DNA from: Candidatus Gottesmanbacteria bacterium
Lineage (GTDB): Bacteria; Patescibacteriota; Microgenomatia; UBA10105; UBA927
Assembly (NCBI GenBank): GCA_023245355.1
Contig: JAHFKN010000002.1
Location: 72,460-136,459, forward strand
Direction of reading: 5' to 3'
Length of the DNA: 64,000 nucleotides
Numbering within the stretch: position 1 is the stretch's first letter; each line of letters starts with the position of its first letter. This document shows, one piece after another, positions 40,951 through 50,971 of the stretch. The position numbers and the translations under genes were made by a program. A model generated the notes under the pieces. That model did not search any database. It was not told where the DNA came from and worked only from the letters and a program-made list of their open reading frames with translations.

Positions 40951-42222
40951 TTACATTGATGTTTTTCCGAATATTTCCTGCGCGAGTTTTTCCCGTGTCA
41001 ACGCTTTTTCGCTTCGGGCCAGTATTTCCAATACGGGAACAACCGCTCCGTTTAGCGTTATTTGCACCCGCGTAAACGTAAATCTTCCTCTCGGGTCTTC
41101 AATTTCGACAAAATACACACCGCTCATGAGTTGTGTTGATGCAGCGAACTGTCCTAACTTGTTAGTTTTGAGAGCGCGCACAGGTACACCTTCGTGGTTT
41201 GTGACTGTTACCAGTATGCCGGGAAGCAAATTTCCGGCATCGTCTTTGACGAGTCCCGTTATGACGTTCGGCACGTTCGTTAAGCGGGGGAGTCCTACTT
41301 TCACCGCCCCCTCCTGTGTCGTGATGACGTTTACTGTTCCGCGTGTCATTGTCGCATCTTTGGCCGTCTGCGGCGGAGTTTTGGGTGCGACGGTGCGTTT
41401 AAGAGAAATCAGCTCATCTTCTGTTTTGTTTTTTGCTGCCAACACGTCGGTCAGCTGTTTTTGAAGCTCCAGTACGCGGTCTTCTGTAACGGATTTTGTG
41501 GCAAGGCGGGCCTCAAGAGTCATAAGCGTGTCTTCAAGTTGTTTCATTTTTTGCTGCATGGCAATTTCCTGTGCGGTTGTAGTTTGGACAACTGCGGGAG
41601 CTGGTGCTGTCGCCGCCGGGCGGTATCCGGCTACAGCAAGAGAAGGATCCGGAATGACAGGTTTATCAGTTGACTTGGGTGATTTCGGTTGGAAAAAGGC
41701 AAAAAGGTCGTCCATAAACGAGTGATGTGGTTTTGCAACAGTAACGGTTCCCTGTGGTATTGCCTGTTGGGTATTTGATTGGAATAATCCCGAGAGAGCG
41801 CTTTTCGGGGTTACGGACGGAGTAACAGGGGCCGCCTGCGGTGAGGTGGGCGCTACAGCTGCCGGCACAACCGGTTGTGGTGCGGGCTTTGCGGGAGCTG
41901 GTGCCGCCGGAGGAGCTTTAACTGTTTGTGTTTGGGCAGTGTGAGACCAGATATATTGTGTCGGGTTATAAATGCTTTTAAAAAAAGAAAACACCCAAAC
42001 GTCCATCGGTCGTTCCTCAATGGGTATAAAAGCAAATCCGACTCCCAAGAATGCAAACGCACCTGTTAATGGCCATGTGATGATAAACGGGAGCGGCAGT
42101 TTATACGCGATAAACGCGAGGATGGCGCCGCCGCACAGATACCCGAACTGTTTAATCGTCATGTCACCGATTAACCGGAATTGAAATGTGGTGACGTTTT
42201 GAGGTACCGGATGTTGCTCCAT
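40951..42222 (-). CDS. PrgI-like (VirB3-like) membrane protein with long Pro/Ala-rich and coiled-coil extension
   Basis: The N-terminus FQFRLIGDMTIKQFGYLCGGAILAFIAYKLP plus two TM helices resembles the PrgI family. Confidence 0.5.
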   Translation of the reverse strand: MEQHPVPQNVTTFQFRLIGDMTIKQFGYLCGGAILAFIAYKLPLPFIITWPLTGAFAFLGVGFAFIPIEERPMDVWVFSFFKSIYNPTQYIWSHTAQTQTVKAPPAAPAPAKPAPQPVVPAAVAPTSPQAAPVTPSVTPKSALSGLFQSNTQQAIPQGTVTVAKPHHSFMDDLFAFFQPKSPKSTDKPVIPDPSLAVAGYRPAATAPAPAVVQTTTAQEIAMQQKMKQLEDTLMTLEARLATKSVTEDRVLELQKQLTDVLAAKNKTEDELISLKRTVAPKTPPQTAKDATMTRGTVNVITTQEGAVKVGLPRLTNVPNVITGLVKDDAGNLLPGILVTVTNHEGVPVRALKTNKLGQFAASTQLMSGVYFVEIEDPRGRFTFTRVQITLNGAVVPVLEILARSEKALTREKLAQEIFGKTSM

Positions 42223-42281
42223 ACAATAATCATTGTAGAGGTAAAAATTATAGTGTTCAATAGCACAAAGCGCATCAGGAC

Positions 42282-42311
42282 CGTGAAAACTCCACTTTTT
42301 AAGTTTTCACG
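42282..42311. promoter_or_regulatory. perfect 10-bp inverted repeat CGTGAAAACT-N10-AGTTTTCACG in divergent T4SS promoter region
   Basis: It was read directly from the sequence. It lies between the divergently transcribed PrgI-like operon and the virD4-like gene. Confidence 0.4.
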
Positions 42312-42446
42312 AAAGGAATAAATATGTTCGGGAAACTTAGGTCTGTGTATCTTGTGTTGTAAACAAAACAACATGGAGCCCGTACAAGGCGCATTAAAAA
42401 TTACACGCATAAACCTGATGGGTTTTATCTATGATAAGATAGCCTC

Positions 42447-44630
42447 ATGGTCGCATCAGATCTCGTGGTATTAGAAATTCAAAACGCCAGAGAGAGCGAA
42501 GAGTCGCCCCTTGCGATGGAGCAGGTGTTTGCCGCTCTTGGAAGCGGCGGGGGTCATCAGAGTATTCTTTCCCGTTTGTTCAACCCCGGGCACACGCCGC
42601 CTTTTTTCAGTCTTGAGATGGTTTCGGTAAACAGCAGAATACATTTTTTTGTGGCAGTGCCGGAGTCTCTCCGGGGATACCTTGAGAGCCAGCTGACTGC
42701 GCAGTACCCGAGGTTGCTGATTGCAAAGGCACATGATTATGCGGAACACTTTCTTTCGCTTCCTCATGCGGCCGGGCAGCTTGTATACGGGAACAGCTAC
42801 TACCTGCCGATCAAAACATACAAAGACATCAAAGATCTTGATATTCTCTCCGGAGTGGCAGGACAGTTTGCCAAACTGGCGCCGCAGGAGGCGATTGCGC
42901 TGCAGATACGCGTGTCCCCTGCGGGTGGTGCCTGGCAACGGTCGCTTGCGTCTATTATCGCCCGGGGAGTGCCTGACCCGAATTCTACGGTCGGGCGCAC
43001 AAAGCCGCATCCGCATGCGCGGATTATGGAGGTAAAAATGAACCAGGTGGGCTTTTTTGCTTCATTGCGGCTTTTGGCTGTCGCCCCTACAGTCGAGCGT
43101 GCGCAACACATACTGCAGACGACGGCGGGATCCTTCGGGGTATACACCTTGGGAGAAGGGAATAATCTGGCGTTATCCGTTCCTCAGTTTTGGCAGAAGA
43201 AAAAATTTGAACATACGCTTCTTGTCCGTGGAGATTACGCCAGGCCGCAATTCCAGGTGATGGGGGCGTCGGAATTATCATCGCTATGGCATCCTCCGGG
43301 CATCGGGCTTTCCATGATCAAAAATATTCATTGGGGAGCGCATTTATTGGGTGAGGCACCGGCAAATTTGCCCATTTCGGTAGAAGACGCGGAAGAGAAG
43401 CGCCGTATCAACTTTTTTGCCCGGACGGAGTACAAAAATACGCCCACGATTTTCGGTATCAAAAAAGATGACCGTAGGAAACATGTCTACATCATCGGAA
43501 AAACCGGCACGGGAAAATCAACGCTGATTGCCAACATGGCGATAAATGATATGAAAAACGGGGAGGGTATGGCGGTCATTGATCCGCACGGGGATTTAAG
43601 TGAAATCATGCTGGATTACGTACCGTCACACCGGACAAATGATGTGGCATATCTGGATCCTGCGGACATGGATCACCCGTTTCACTTAAACCCTCTGGAG
43701 GTAAAAAATCCGGCCTACCGCGAGCTGGTCGCTTCCGGCATCGTGTCAATATTTTATAAACTGTATCACATGAGCTGGGGGCCCAGACTGGAGTATATTT
43801 TGCGGAATACGATCCTTACGCTTACACACGTTCCGCAGTCGACGTTTCTGGATATTCCTGAAATTCTTACAAACGATAAATACCGCGAAAAGATTGTCGA
43901 CAAGCTGGATGATCGGGTACTTAAAAATTTCTGGCTGAATGAATTTAATCGGTTGAGTCCGCAAATGCGGAGCGAATCCATTTCCCCGATTCTGAATAAG
44001 GTGGGTCAGTTTCTTTCGTCCAAGACAATCAGGAATATCGTAGGTCACCCTGTGTCTACCGTTGATTTGGAGAACATGATGAACGAGGGAAAAATCGTAA
44101 TCGTGAATCTTTCGCAGGGGAAGCTGGGAGAAGACAGCAGTGCGCTTTTGGGCGCCATGATTATTACGAAAATGCAGCTGGCCGCGATGAACCGGGTATA
44201 CACGGCAGAGGAGAGCCGCCGGGATTTTTACCTCTATGTTGATGAATTTCAAAATTTTGCAACCCAGTCGTTTATCAAAATACTTTCGGAAGCGCGTAAA
44301 TATAGGCTTAATTTAACGCTCGCAAATCAATATATCGGCCAGATCGATGAAGACGTGCAAAAAGCGATTTTCGGGAACGCGGGATCAATCGTTTCATTTG
44401 CGGTCGGCGCGGCTGACGCCCGCTTGCTTACCCGCGAATTCGGGGAGAAATACGAGGAATCGGAGCTTGTTGCACTCGGGAATTTCCAGATCGTTCTGAA
44501 GCTTTCCATTGATAATCAGACATCCACGCCGTTTTCTGCCATGACATTGCCGCTCCCCAGAAGTAAAAATGAGCACAGGGAAACGGTCATCCGCGTGTCT
44601 CGCGAACGGTATACAAAAAAGGTACAATAA
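42447..44630 (+). CDS. VirD4/TraG/TraD-family type IV coupling protein ATPase
   Basis: It has Walker A IIGKTGTGKST and Walker B YLYVDEFQNF. There is an unusual roughly 330-aa N-terminal domain with no obvious TM anchor. Confidence 0.7.
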   Translation: MVASDLVVLEIQNARESEESPLAMEQVFAALGSGGGHQSILSRLFNPGHTPPFFSLEMVSVNSRIHFFVAVPESLRGYLESQLTAQYPRLLIAKAHDYAEHFLSLPHAAGQLVYGNSYYLPIKTYKDIKDLDILSGVAGQFAKLAPQEAIALQIRVSPAGGAWQRSLASIIARGVPDPNSTVGRTKPHPHARIMEVKMNQVGFFASLRLLAVAPTVERAQHILQTTAGSFGVYTLGEGNNLALSVPQFWQKKKFEHTLLVRGDYARPQFQVMGASELSSLWHPPGIGLSMIKNIHWGAHLLGEAPANLPISVEDAEEKRRINFFARTEYKNTPTIFGIKKDDRRKHVYIIGKTGTGKSTLIANMAINDMKNGEGMAVIDPHGDLSEIMLDYVPSHRTNDVAYLDPADMDHPFHLNPLEVKNPAYRELVASGIVSIFYKLYHMSWGPRLEYILRNTILTLTHVPQSTFLDIPEILTNDKYREKIVDKLDDRVLKNFWLNEFNRLSPQMRSESISPILNKVGQFLSSKTIRNIVGHPVSTVDLENMMNEGKIVIVNLSQGKLGEDSSALLGAMIITKMQLAAMNRVYTAEESRRDFYLYVDEFQNFATQSFIKILSEARKYRLNLTLANQYIGQIDEDVQKAIFGNAGSIVSFAVGAADARLLTREFGEKYEESELVALGNFQIVLKLSIDNQTSTPFSAMTLPLPRSKNEHRETVIRVSRERYTKKVQ

Positions 44631-44637
44631 CTCCCGT

Positions 44638-45192
44638 ATGAATATCGGGCTGTTAGGCGGCGCATTCAATCCGCCCCACTTGGGACATCTCATGATTGCC
44701 CAGCAGGTGCTGGATTTTACCGACACGGACGAAGTGTGGTTTTTGCCCAATTACGGACAGATCCCCCCGAAGCCGGTGGCTGACGTTTCCCATCGCCTGG
44801 CCATGACAAATCTACTCACGCTTCCTCATACCCGGGTTTCTACGCTGGAAATAGACAATAAACTGGACGGGGACACGATTCATTTGCTCCCGCTTCTTCC
44901 AAAGGAGCATGTGTTCCGGTTTATTATCGGCTCGGATCAGTTGCCGACGCTTCATCTGTGGGGCTCCTGGCAGAAGTTGCTTTCTGAGCTTCCGTTTCTT
45001 GTGTTTCCGCGGTACGGATACCCGAATGAACCGCTGTATCCTAATATGACAGTCATCGGTCACGAACTTCTTGTCGGAACGAATATTTCGTCTACCAAGA
45101 TCCGGAAACGGGTGAAAAACGGTCTGCCGGTCGAGCAATTTGTTCCTCCTCTGGTTGCTTCCTATATCCGAAAGAACGGTTTATACCGATAA
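44638..45192 (+). CDS. nadD: nicotinate-nucleotide adenylyltransferase
   Basis: MNIGLLGGAFNPPHLGHL carries the (H/T)xGH nucleotidyltransferase motif. Confidence 0.8.
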   Translation: MNIGLLGGAFNPPHLGHLMIAQQVLDFTDTDEVWFLPNYGQIPPKPVADVSHRLAMTNLLTLPHTRVSTLEIDNKLDGDTIHLLPLLPKEHVFRFIIGSDQLPTLHLWGSWQKLLSELPFLVFPRYGYPNEPLYPNMTVIGHELLVGTNISSTKIRKRVKNGLPVEQFVPPLVASYIRKNGLYR

Positions 45193-45268
45193 ACTCCCTT
45201 GTTCTTATGATGGGGACACGTTAGAATTAAGTTGAGCGCTGTTTATAGCGCGTCATTTCAATGCGTTT

Positions 45269-48200
45269 ATGGCAAACGAAGAATTATTCAAGCGGTTAAG
45301 TGAAGCGGCAAAAAAAGCTGCAGAAAGCGGCGGACAACCGCAGCCTCCGGAAGTGCCTCTACCCCCCGAAGTGCCGCTTCCCCCGGAGAAGCCGGAAGTG
45401 AAGGATACCGGAAAGCAGAAAGAGGTCAAGGAAGTAAGCCGCGAGCGCATAGCAAATCTTGCAGCAAAACTCGCAGAGTCTCAGTCAGAGGTGACCAAAA
45501 GGATTGTCGGCGAGAGTGGGGAGTTTCCCAAGGACGAGCGCGTGTTCGGCGTTATCGAAGCGCTTATCACGGCTGATGAAGCACAGTTGTCCGATTCCGC
45601 ATTTGTACGGGGTATAGGTGAGCAGTTGGTTGCACTCGCCAGGGAATCAGGACCCACAAGCGCTACGGCATTAGAGGCGCGGTCATATCTTGGAAAAATT
45701 GTTGCGGAACATCCTGAATTGGCACAGCTGCAGTTAGAAGCAATGCCGGCGATTTCCGGCGGCAGCGGGGCTCCTGAAGATGTGCCGGCTGATGATTCCG
45801 GCGATATAAACGGAGTCAAAGATCCTGAGTTGACCGGTGAGGTACAACATTTGTTTGATGAAGCGGCAGATGCGGATTTGAAAGACACGCCGCTGGCCGG
45901 TGACTTGCAGGAGCTTCAGTATCGTTTCCGTGTGGATCCGGGGGCCGCGTATGACAACCGGCTTACCGACGATGCCGTGCGGCGCATGGTAGAAAAGGGC
46001 CGGCGTGAAGGAGTTGATGAAAAGTTGGTGCAAAAAGCAGTTGAACGCGTCCGGTATTTTGAGCGATTTACGGATCTTCGGATGCAAAAACATCAGGAAA
46101 AACTCCGCGGCGGCAGAGTTGTGACATGGGGAGAAATCAGGGGGTCATCGCCGAATCCTGATTTGCATGCTGCTGACGAAGTGTTTTCCGATTTTAGAAA
46201 TATGCCTCCGGCAGATGTTGAATTGCTTATTCAGGGAGATGAGGGAGAGGCAAAATGGTATTTCGACTTTATCGATCAGATATATTCCATGGGACGGGAA
46301 GAAACGCGCCCGACGCTTACCCAGGATCAGCGCTTCCAGGAATTTAAGGATTATCTTGTATGGAAATACGGCGGGGAATATCATCTTGCCGTTCAGCTAT
46401 ATCAAAAACACTGGGACAGCAGAGGTCAGTACGAGTATGCCGTAAAAGGGCTCATGTACAACCCGGGAGACGTGAAAGACAGGCTGAAGGCGATGTCACT
46501 TCTTCAGGGAGCCGACTTGGATCACCTGTATAAAAATTTTGACCATTCAAACGAAGCGTACAGCTTATATGAACACGTGCTGTTTGAGCTTATGGCGACC
46601 AAGCGCGCAAAGTACGGCGAGGCCATAAAGTACATGCAGGAAGAAATTTCCTGGAACGGCAAGCACATGAAACGGGAAGACGTGTTAAAGGAACTCCGGG
46701 TGAAGCAGCGGCAGGAAGGGTTCGATCCTGCAACCGGCAAGAAAACCGAGAGTCCGCTTTCCATAGAGGATCAGCGGCTCATGCACGAGATTCAACAGCA
46801 GAATGATTTGGCGGCCGAAGGCGTTATGTTGTGGGACGATGACGTTCAAAGTTACACGGAGCTCCACATTACTCTTTCAAAGCTGCGTAATAATCGCGAA
46901 GAGTTGTTGAAGAAAAAAAGCCAGGGAACGGCGCTTACCGAAAAAGAAAATGAGCAGCTTGCTGAAGTTGACAGGTTATACCAGATTTATTCTCACAGAG
47001 AAGAGATGCTCAATGAAAATTTTACGCAGGAATTGTTGGAAACCCGCGGACTTTCCCCTGTGGATATAGAAGTACGCAAGCGGCTTGTCGAATACCTGCA
47101 GGCTCAGCATCCGGAGGATCCCAATTATAAGCCCGCAGAGTATGAAGTCCGTATGGCACTGTGGGCATCGCGTACCGCAATGATAGGGAGCGGGCGTATG
47201 GCAATGATCGGTGCTATGATGTCTATTCCTCCGGCGGTCGAATACGGGACAGCATCAGGGAAACATGTTATGCGCGCACCCGCATTTGAGGATATCCAGC
47301 GGATATTTAATCCGGAAACGTTTGCTACCCGGTTTAATATCGGAGGCGATATGGGTATCACCGCGCGGAGCATATTCCGTAAGAATCTGCTTAACACCAA
47401 AGGGATCAATCCTAAAGAGCCGGGGTGGTTTAAGAAAATCGGCGGAGCCGTCGAAAAGCTCGGAGACAAGTTCAAGATTACTCATTCCAAAGAATGGCAT
47501 GATGCGAAGCATCACGAGCACGATAAGCAGCGTCAGGCTTCTATGGAAGCGTGGGAGTTTGCGGAAGATGCCACCGGTATTTCATTCAGCGAGCTGCTGG
47601 GGCCCGGATTTATGGCGAGCGGAGGATTTTATGACGGCACCGCATGGCGGCTGGAAAAAGGTATTGCGGACGAGCTGCGCGGAAAACTGCTAAGCATGAA
47701 GAAGTTGCCGGAAAATGCTGCGCTGTTGGATAACCAGGCACTTTCAATCCAGCTGCTTACAGCAGGAAACGCCGCCGAGCGTAAACCCATTCTCGACCGG
47801 ATGCTTAGGCGCAATCCGTCAAAATTCCTTGAACTCTTAGAGGAAGATACCGAGCGGATATTAACCAAAAATAACATCACGCATGAAGAGTGGAAGAAAT
47901 TTAAAGAAGCGCTGTCGCTTGCTGAATTGAAGATGGCACACGAGAAGGAATGGCAATTTGCCCGTGTGGATCTGGCAGAAAAGAAAGATTTCGATGCACT
48001 CATTGCTCCGTATCTTGCGATATTAAAGCTTGACCCCGCGCGGTCAGAGAATTTGCGGCAGGTTCTGGTTGATATGCAGGCTGAGATATACCGCGGCCGC
48101 ACGGTAGAAGCCTCAGGTGGCACATTCCGTAACAAAATGGACGCCATTGCAGCATTGAAGTTGCCGTTAACCATGAGCATGACTGATTTTGACTGGAAAG

Positions 48201-48904
48201 AGTCGAATTTCTATCAGCTCGGAACCGTCGCAATGCACCGAAGAATCCGTGATGTAGGTGCGCAAATGCGCGCGCGCGACGGTATGCTCGGATTTTTCTC
48301 GAACGAAGAAATGGTGTTATCGCCGAATGACTATACCAAATCGCTTCAGAAAATGATGGAGGTCAGGACTGCGATAGTGGATTACTCGGGACCGGATGCG
48401 GCTGAAGCTACCGTAAAAGAAATGATGCGGGTGTTTTTCGAAATGAACCGGCACCGGAATTTGAATACGATCGGCTGGATACCGGGATTGACCCGCGGGC
48501 TTATGTATTTGGCCGAAGTAGATCTTAGGCCGCTTAAAAACAATAAGCTGCTTCAATTAGTGTTCGGAAAGGAACGCTGGCAGGAACTCGCGAAAGAAAA
48601 AATCAGCCACTGGCCGCATTCGGTGGGAGAGGCGATATCCTACTCTTCACGCTACACAGGAGCGCATGCAAATGCATGGGACGAAGCAAAAATGGAGGAA
48701 ATCCTCGTGTCCGCTCAGGACATGGGATTATTCATAAACCACCCGGAATTTATTCTGGATCTTCGGAATGAGTTTAAAACCGGGCTTCCGTATCGTCTGA
48801 CGGCGTTATACCGGAAGTATTGGTGGGTAGTGCTGGCAGCGACGCTGGCCATCGCAATTGAAAAGTCTACCAAGGAACAGGAAGGTGGAGGAGCGCACCA
48901 CTAG
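45269..48904 (+). CDS. large (1211 aa) mostly alpha-helical hypothetical protein with N-terminal PPEVPLP repeats and C-terminal TM anchor
   Basis: It is one long ORF, with a repeat at 45344-45400 and a hydrophobic tail WWVVLAATLAIAI. It is flanked by T4SS genes. Confidence 0.5.
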   Translation: MANEELFKRLSEAAKKAAESGGQPQPPEVPLPPEVPLPPEKPEVKDTGKQKEVKEVSRERIANLAAKLAESQSEVTKRIVGESGEFPKDERVFGVIEALITADEAQLSDSAFVRGIGEQLVALARESGPTSATALEARSYLGKIVAEHPELAQLQLEAMPAISGGSGAPEDVPADDSGDINGVKDPELTGEVQHLFDEAADADLKDTPLAGDLQELQYRFRVDPGAAYDNRLTDDAVRRMVEKGRREGVDEKLVQKAVERVRYFERFTDLRMQKHQEKLRGGRVVTWGEIRGSSPNPDLHAADEVFSDFRNMPPADVELLIQGDEGEAKWYFDFIDQIYSMGREETRPTLTQDQRFQEFKDYLVWKYGGEYHLAVQLYQKHWDSRGQYEYAVKGLMYNPGDVKDRLKAMSLLQGADLDHLYKNFDHSNEAYSLYEHVLFELMATKRAKYGEAIKYMQEEISWNGKHMKREDVLKELRVKQRQEGFDPATGKKTESPLSIEDQRLMHEIQQQNDLAAEGVMLWDDDVQSYTELHITLSKLRNNREELLKKKSQGTALTEKENEQLAEVDRLYQIYSHREEMLNENFTQELLETRGLSPVDIEVRKRLVEYLQAQHPEDPNYKPAEYEVRMALWASRTAMIGSGRMAMIGAMMSIPPAVEYGTASGKHVMRAPAFEDIQRIFNPETFATRFNIGGDMGITARSIFRKNLLNTKGINPKEPGWFKKIGGAVEKLGDKFKITHSKEWHDAKHHEHDKQRQASMEAWEFAEDATGISFSELLGPGFMASGGFYDGTAWRLEKGIADELRGKLLSMKKLPENAALLDNQALSIQLLTAGNAAERKPILDRMLRRNPSKFLELLEEDTERILTKNNITHEEWKKFKEALSLAELKMAHEKEWQFARVDLAEKKDFDALIAPYLAILKLDPARSENLRQVLVDMQAEIYRGRTVEASGGTFRNKMDAIAALKLPLTMSMTDFDWKESNFYQLGTVAMHRRIRDVGAQMRARDGMLGFFSNEEMVLSPNDYTKSLQKMMEVRTAIVDYSGPDAAEATVKEMMRVFFEMNRHRNLNTIGWIPGLTRGLMYLAEVDLRPLKNNKLLQLVFGKERWQELAKEKISHWPHSVGEAISYSSRYTGAHANAWDEAKMEEILVSAQDMGLFINHPEFILDLRNEFKTGLPYRLTALYRKYWWVVLAATLAIAIEKSTKEQEGGGAHH
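45344..45400 (+). repeat. imperfect 18-nt tandem repeat encoding PPEVPL PPEVPL PPEKPEV
   Basis: It was read directly from the sequence. Confidence 0.5.
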
Positions 48905-48947
48905 AGACTAAGGATAAGGAAAAGACAGAGGAAAAAGAAAGACGTCT

Positions 48948-50543
48948 TTAGTGTCCGCCGCCGCCGGTAATTGATCCGAGGCCCTTTTCAGCTCCCTCAC
49001 GCGCAACCTGCATAGATGATTTTGCCTCAGGTTTATGGCGGAACGCGCTGGCTATAAAGCTCGCCTGATATCCTAAGTTAAACAGCGTTCCGACTCCGGA
49101 TCCTAATGGCCCGACAATCGGGCCGACGCCTCCCGGAACTAACGGCTCAGCTTTGAGGGATTTTTGCAGTCCCTGGATGATCGTCGGGATAACCATGAGC
49201 ATGCCGAGTCCGATCAGTCCGGCCATGCCATACGTTCCTTCTCCGGTAGAAAGCAGCGGCGGTGCCCATATTTTGGTTGAAACATCCTGCGAGGTGAGAA
49301 CGGCCGTCACAAGCAGCAGAAGCACGGTGATAGGGAATACAAGGATTTTGGATAATAAATTTTTAAACCACGAGCTGAATGCGTTCGTTCCCGGAATGGC
49401 CTCCATCATCAGTTGAAACGGAGCGGTAAGGAGCGAAATGATAATGTTTATATACGCATCCAGAAGCATGAAGATGAGCCGGATCACGCCAAACAGCAGG
49501 ATAATCAGAAATATGACGGCCAGCAGCACCGGCCCCGTGGTTAATCCGAGCAGGGCTCCCCGCAGACCGAACATATAGCCGATGACGCCCGGGACGACTG
49601 TCCATCCGGCAATTTTCCAGGGATCATTCTGTGTAATCATGGCTCCGATATCATCGTACGCCTGGAATCCGCTGGCAAAGAAGAACCGCAGGAGTCCGCT
49701 GACGCCTCCGTTTAAGAGCAGTTTCGTCGCGTTTTCTACGGGAGCTGTCGTAGACGGGGGAGTAAAGCTTGGCGGCAAGGCGTCGATATTGAGTGTGGTC
49801 GCAAGACTTAATAATTTACCTAAGTTCCCTCCCGACGCACTGTCCACTGCTGATGCCGAAAGGACAATCGCAAGATACATAAGATCAATCATGGCGCCGA
49901 CGATGGCATAGGAAAATGTTACCAGCACCAATGCAATGACAATCCGCGGGATGGCGTTCTGAACGGTGACTACTGTTTTGGGATCGATTTTTTTCCGGAA
50001 CATCACCATAAATCCGACAACGATGATAATGATGGCCAGCAGGGCGTAGGCGATGTTACGGAAGACTTTCCATAGCGGCAGCATACTGGCCAGTCCGGAA
50101 AATCCTATTCCCTGTGCTTCTGCTTTTTTGGGCATAAATCCCAAGGTTCTGCCTACATCCGCGATGTACTCAGTACTCCGCGCAGGCGGATTCCGGTACA
50201 TGGCAAGCGTGCTTCTGGCAAGACCTGCCATGGCGCTTTTTTGATAGCTTAGTCCGATCGGGCATCCCGGTGAGGCGGCATCGCACAACCCGCGGAAACC
50301 GATAATGAGCTGACCCTGGCTCATGGTTGCGGTTCCGACGTCTCCTGCCTGCTTGTTGAGCGCACCTTCCGATGCCTTCATAAGTCCCGCCACAACACAG
50401 TTCATGTCCAGATACCACGTCGCATCATCACACTCTGCTCCCGGCACTGCCGGAGGATCAGCGGCCATAACACGGGAAGGGACCGCTAAGGCTGCAGTCA
50501 AAAGTAAGAGAAATGCGCTGATAAACAAAACTACGCGACGCAT
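48948..50543 (-). CDS. VirB6/TrbL-like polytopic T4SS membrane protein
   Basis: A signal peptide is followed by a Cys-containing extracytoplasmic domain and 6 or more TM helices. It lies directly downstream of the pilin genes. Confidence 0.5.
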   Translation of the reverse strand: MRRVVLFISAFLLLLTAALAVPSRVMAADPPAVPGAECDDATWYLDMNCVVAGLMKASEGALNKQAGDVGTATMSQGQLIIGFRGLCDAASPGCPIGLSYQKSAMAGLARSTLAMYRNPPARSTEYIADVGRTLGFMPKKAEAQGIGFSGLASMLPLWKVFRNIAYALLAIIIIVVGFMVMFRKKIDPKTVVTVQNAIPRIVIALVLVTFSYAIVGAMIDLMYLAIVLSASAVDSASGGNLGKLLSLATTLNIDALPPSFTPPSTTAPVENATKLLLNGGVSGLLRFFFASGFQAYDDIGAMITQNDPWKIAGWTVVPGVIGYMFGLRGALLGLTTGPVLLAVIFLIILLFGVIRLIFMLLDAYINIIISLLTAPFQLMMEAIPGTNAFSSWFKNLLSKILVFPITVLLLLVTAVLTSQDVSTKIWAPPLLSTGEGTYGMAGLIGLGMLMVIPTIIQGLQKSLKAEPLVPGGVGPIVGPLGSGVGTLFNLGYQASFIASAFRHKPEAKSSMQVAREGAEKGLGSITGGGGH

Positions 50544-50579
50544 ACGTTCATTATCCCGATGAAATCAATCAAAGTCAAT

Positions 50580-50900
50580 CTACTGTGTGATCGTAAAATC
50601 GGTGACTTTGACACCTGTAAAGGTTTCGATTGTGAGAATGATAAGGTAAGCAAGCGACATGATAACGATGCCGATAATCGCCTGTGTGACTGTGCCTTTG
50701 GCGGCCTCCAGTTTTTTCTGATCGCCGCCGGAAAAAAGGAAGTTAAACCCGCCGACAAGCAGCATGATAAAGAGTGCTACCGCACCCAGTGATACAACTG
50801 CCCTGATGACATTGGTAACAAGCGGAACCAGACACTGAATTGAAGCGACTCCCTGAGCCTCTGTAATGCCATAGCCCTGAGAACAAGCATCAGTGTTCAT
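50580..50900 (-). CDS. VirB2/TrbC-like T4SS pilin (paralog 1)
   Basis: It has a two-TM hairpin with the GGFNFLFSGGDQKKLEAAK loop motif shared by the family. Its own promoter is TTGTCA-17-TAATAA at 50910-50938. Confidence 0.6.
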   Translation of the reverse strand: MNTDACSQGYGITEAQGVASIQCLVPLVTNVIRAVVSLGAVALFIMLLVGGFNFLFSGGDQKKLEAAKGTVTQAIIGIVIMSLAYLIILTIETFTGVKVTDFTITQ

Positions 50901-50971
50901 ATACGGATATTATTACGTACTCCGGTAGGCTGTGACAAGAGCCCCCTTATGCTGCACGAAAGTTTTTCGGG

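Noticed and set aside
48936-48950. 12-nt palindrome AAAGACGTCTTT between convergent genes as a bidirectional terminator
   Set aside because: The stem is only 6 bp and AT-rich, with no loop and no U-tract, so support is weak.
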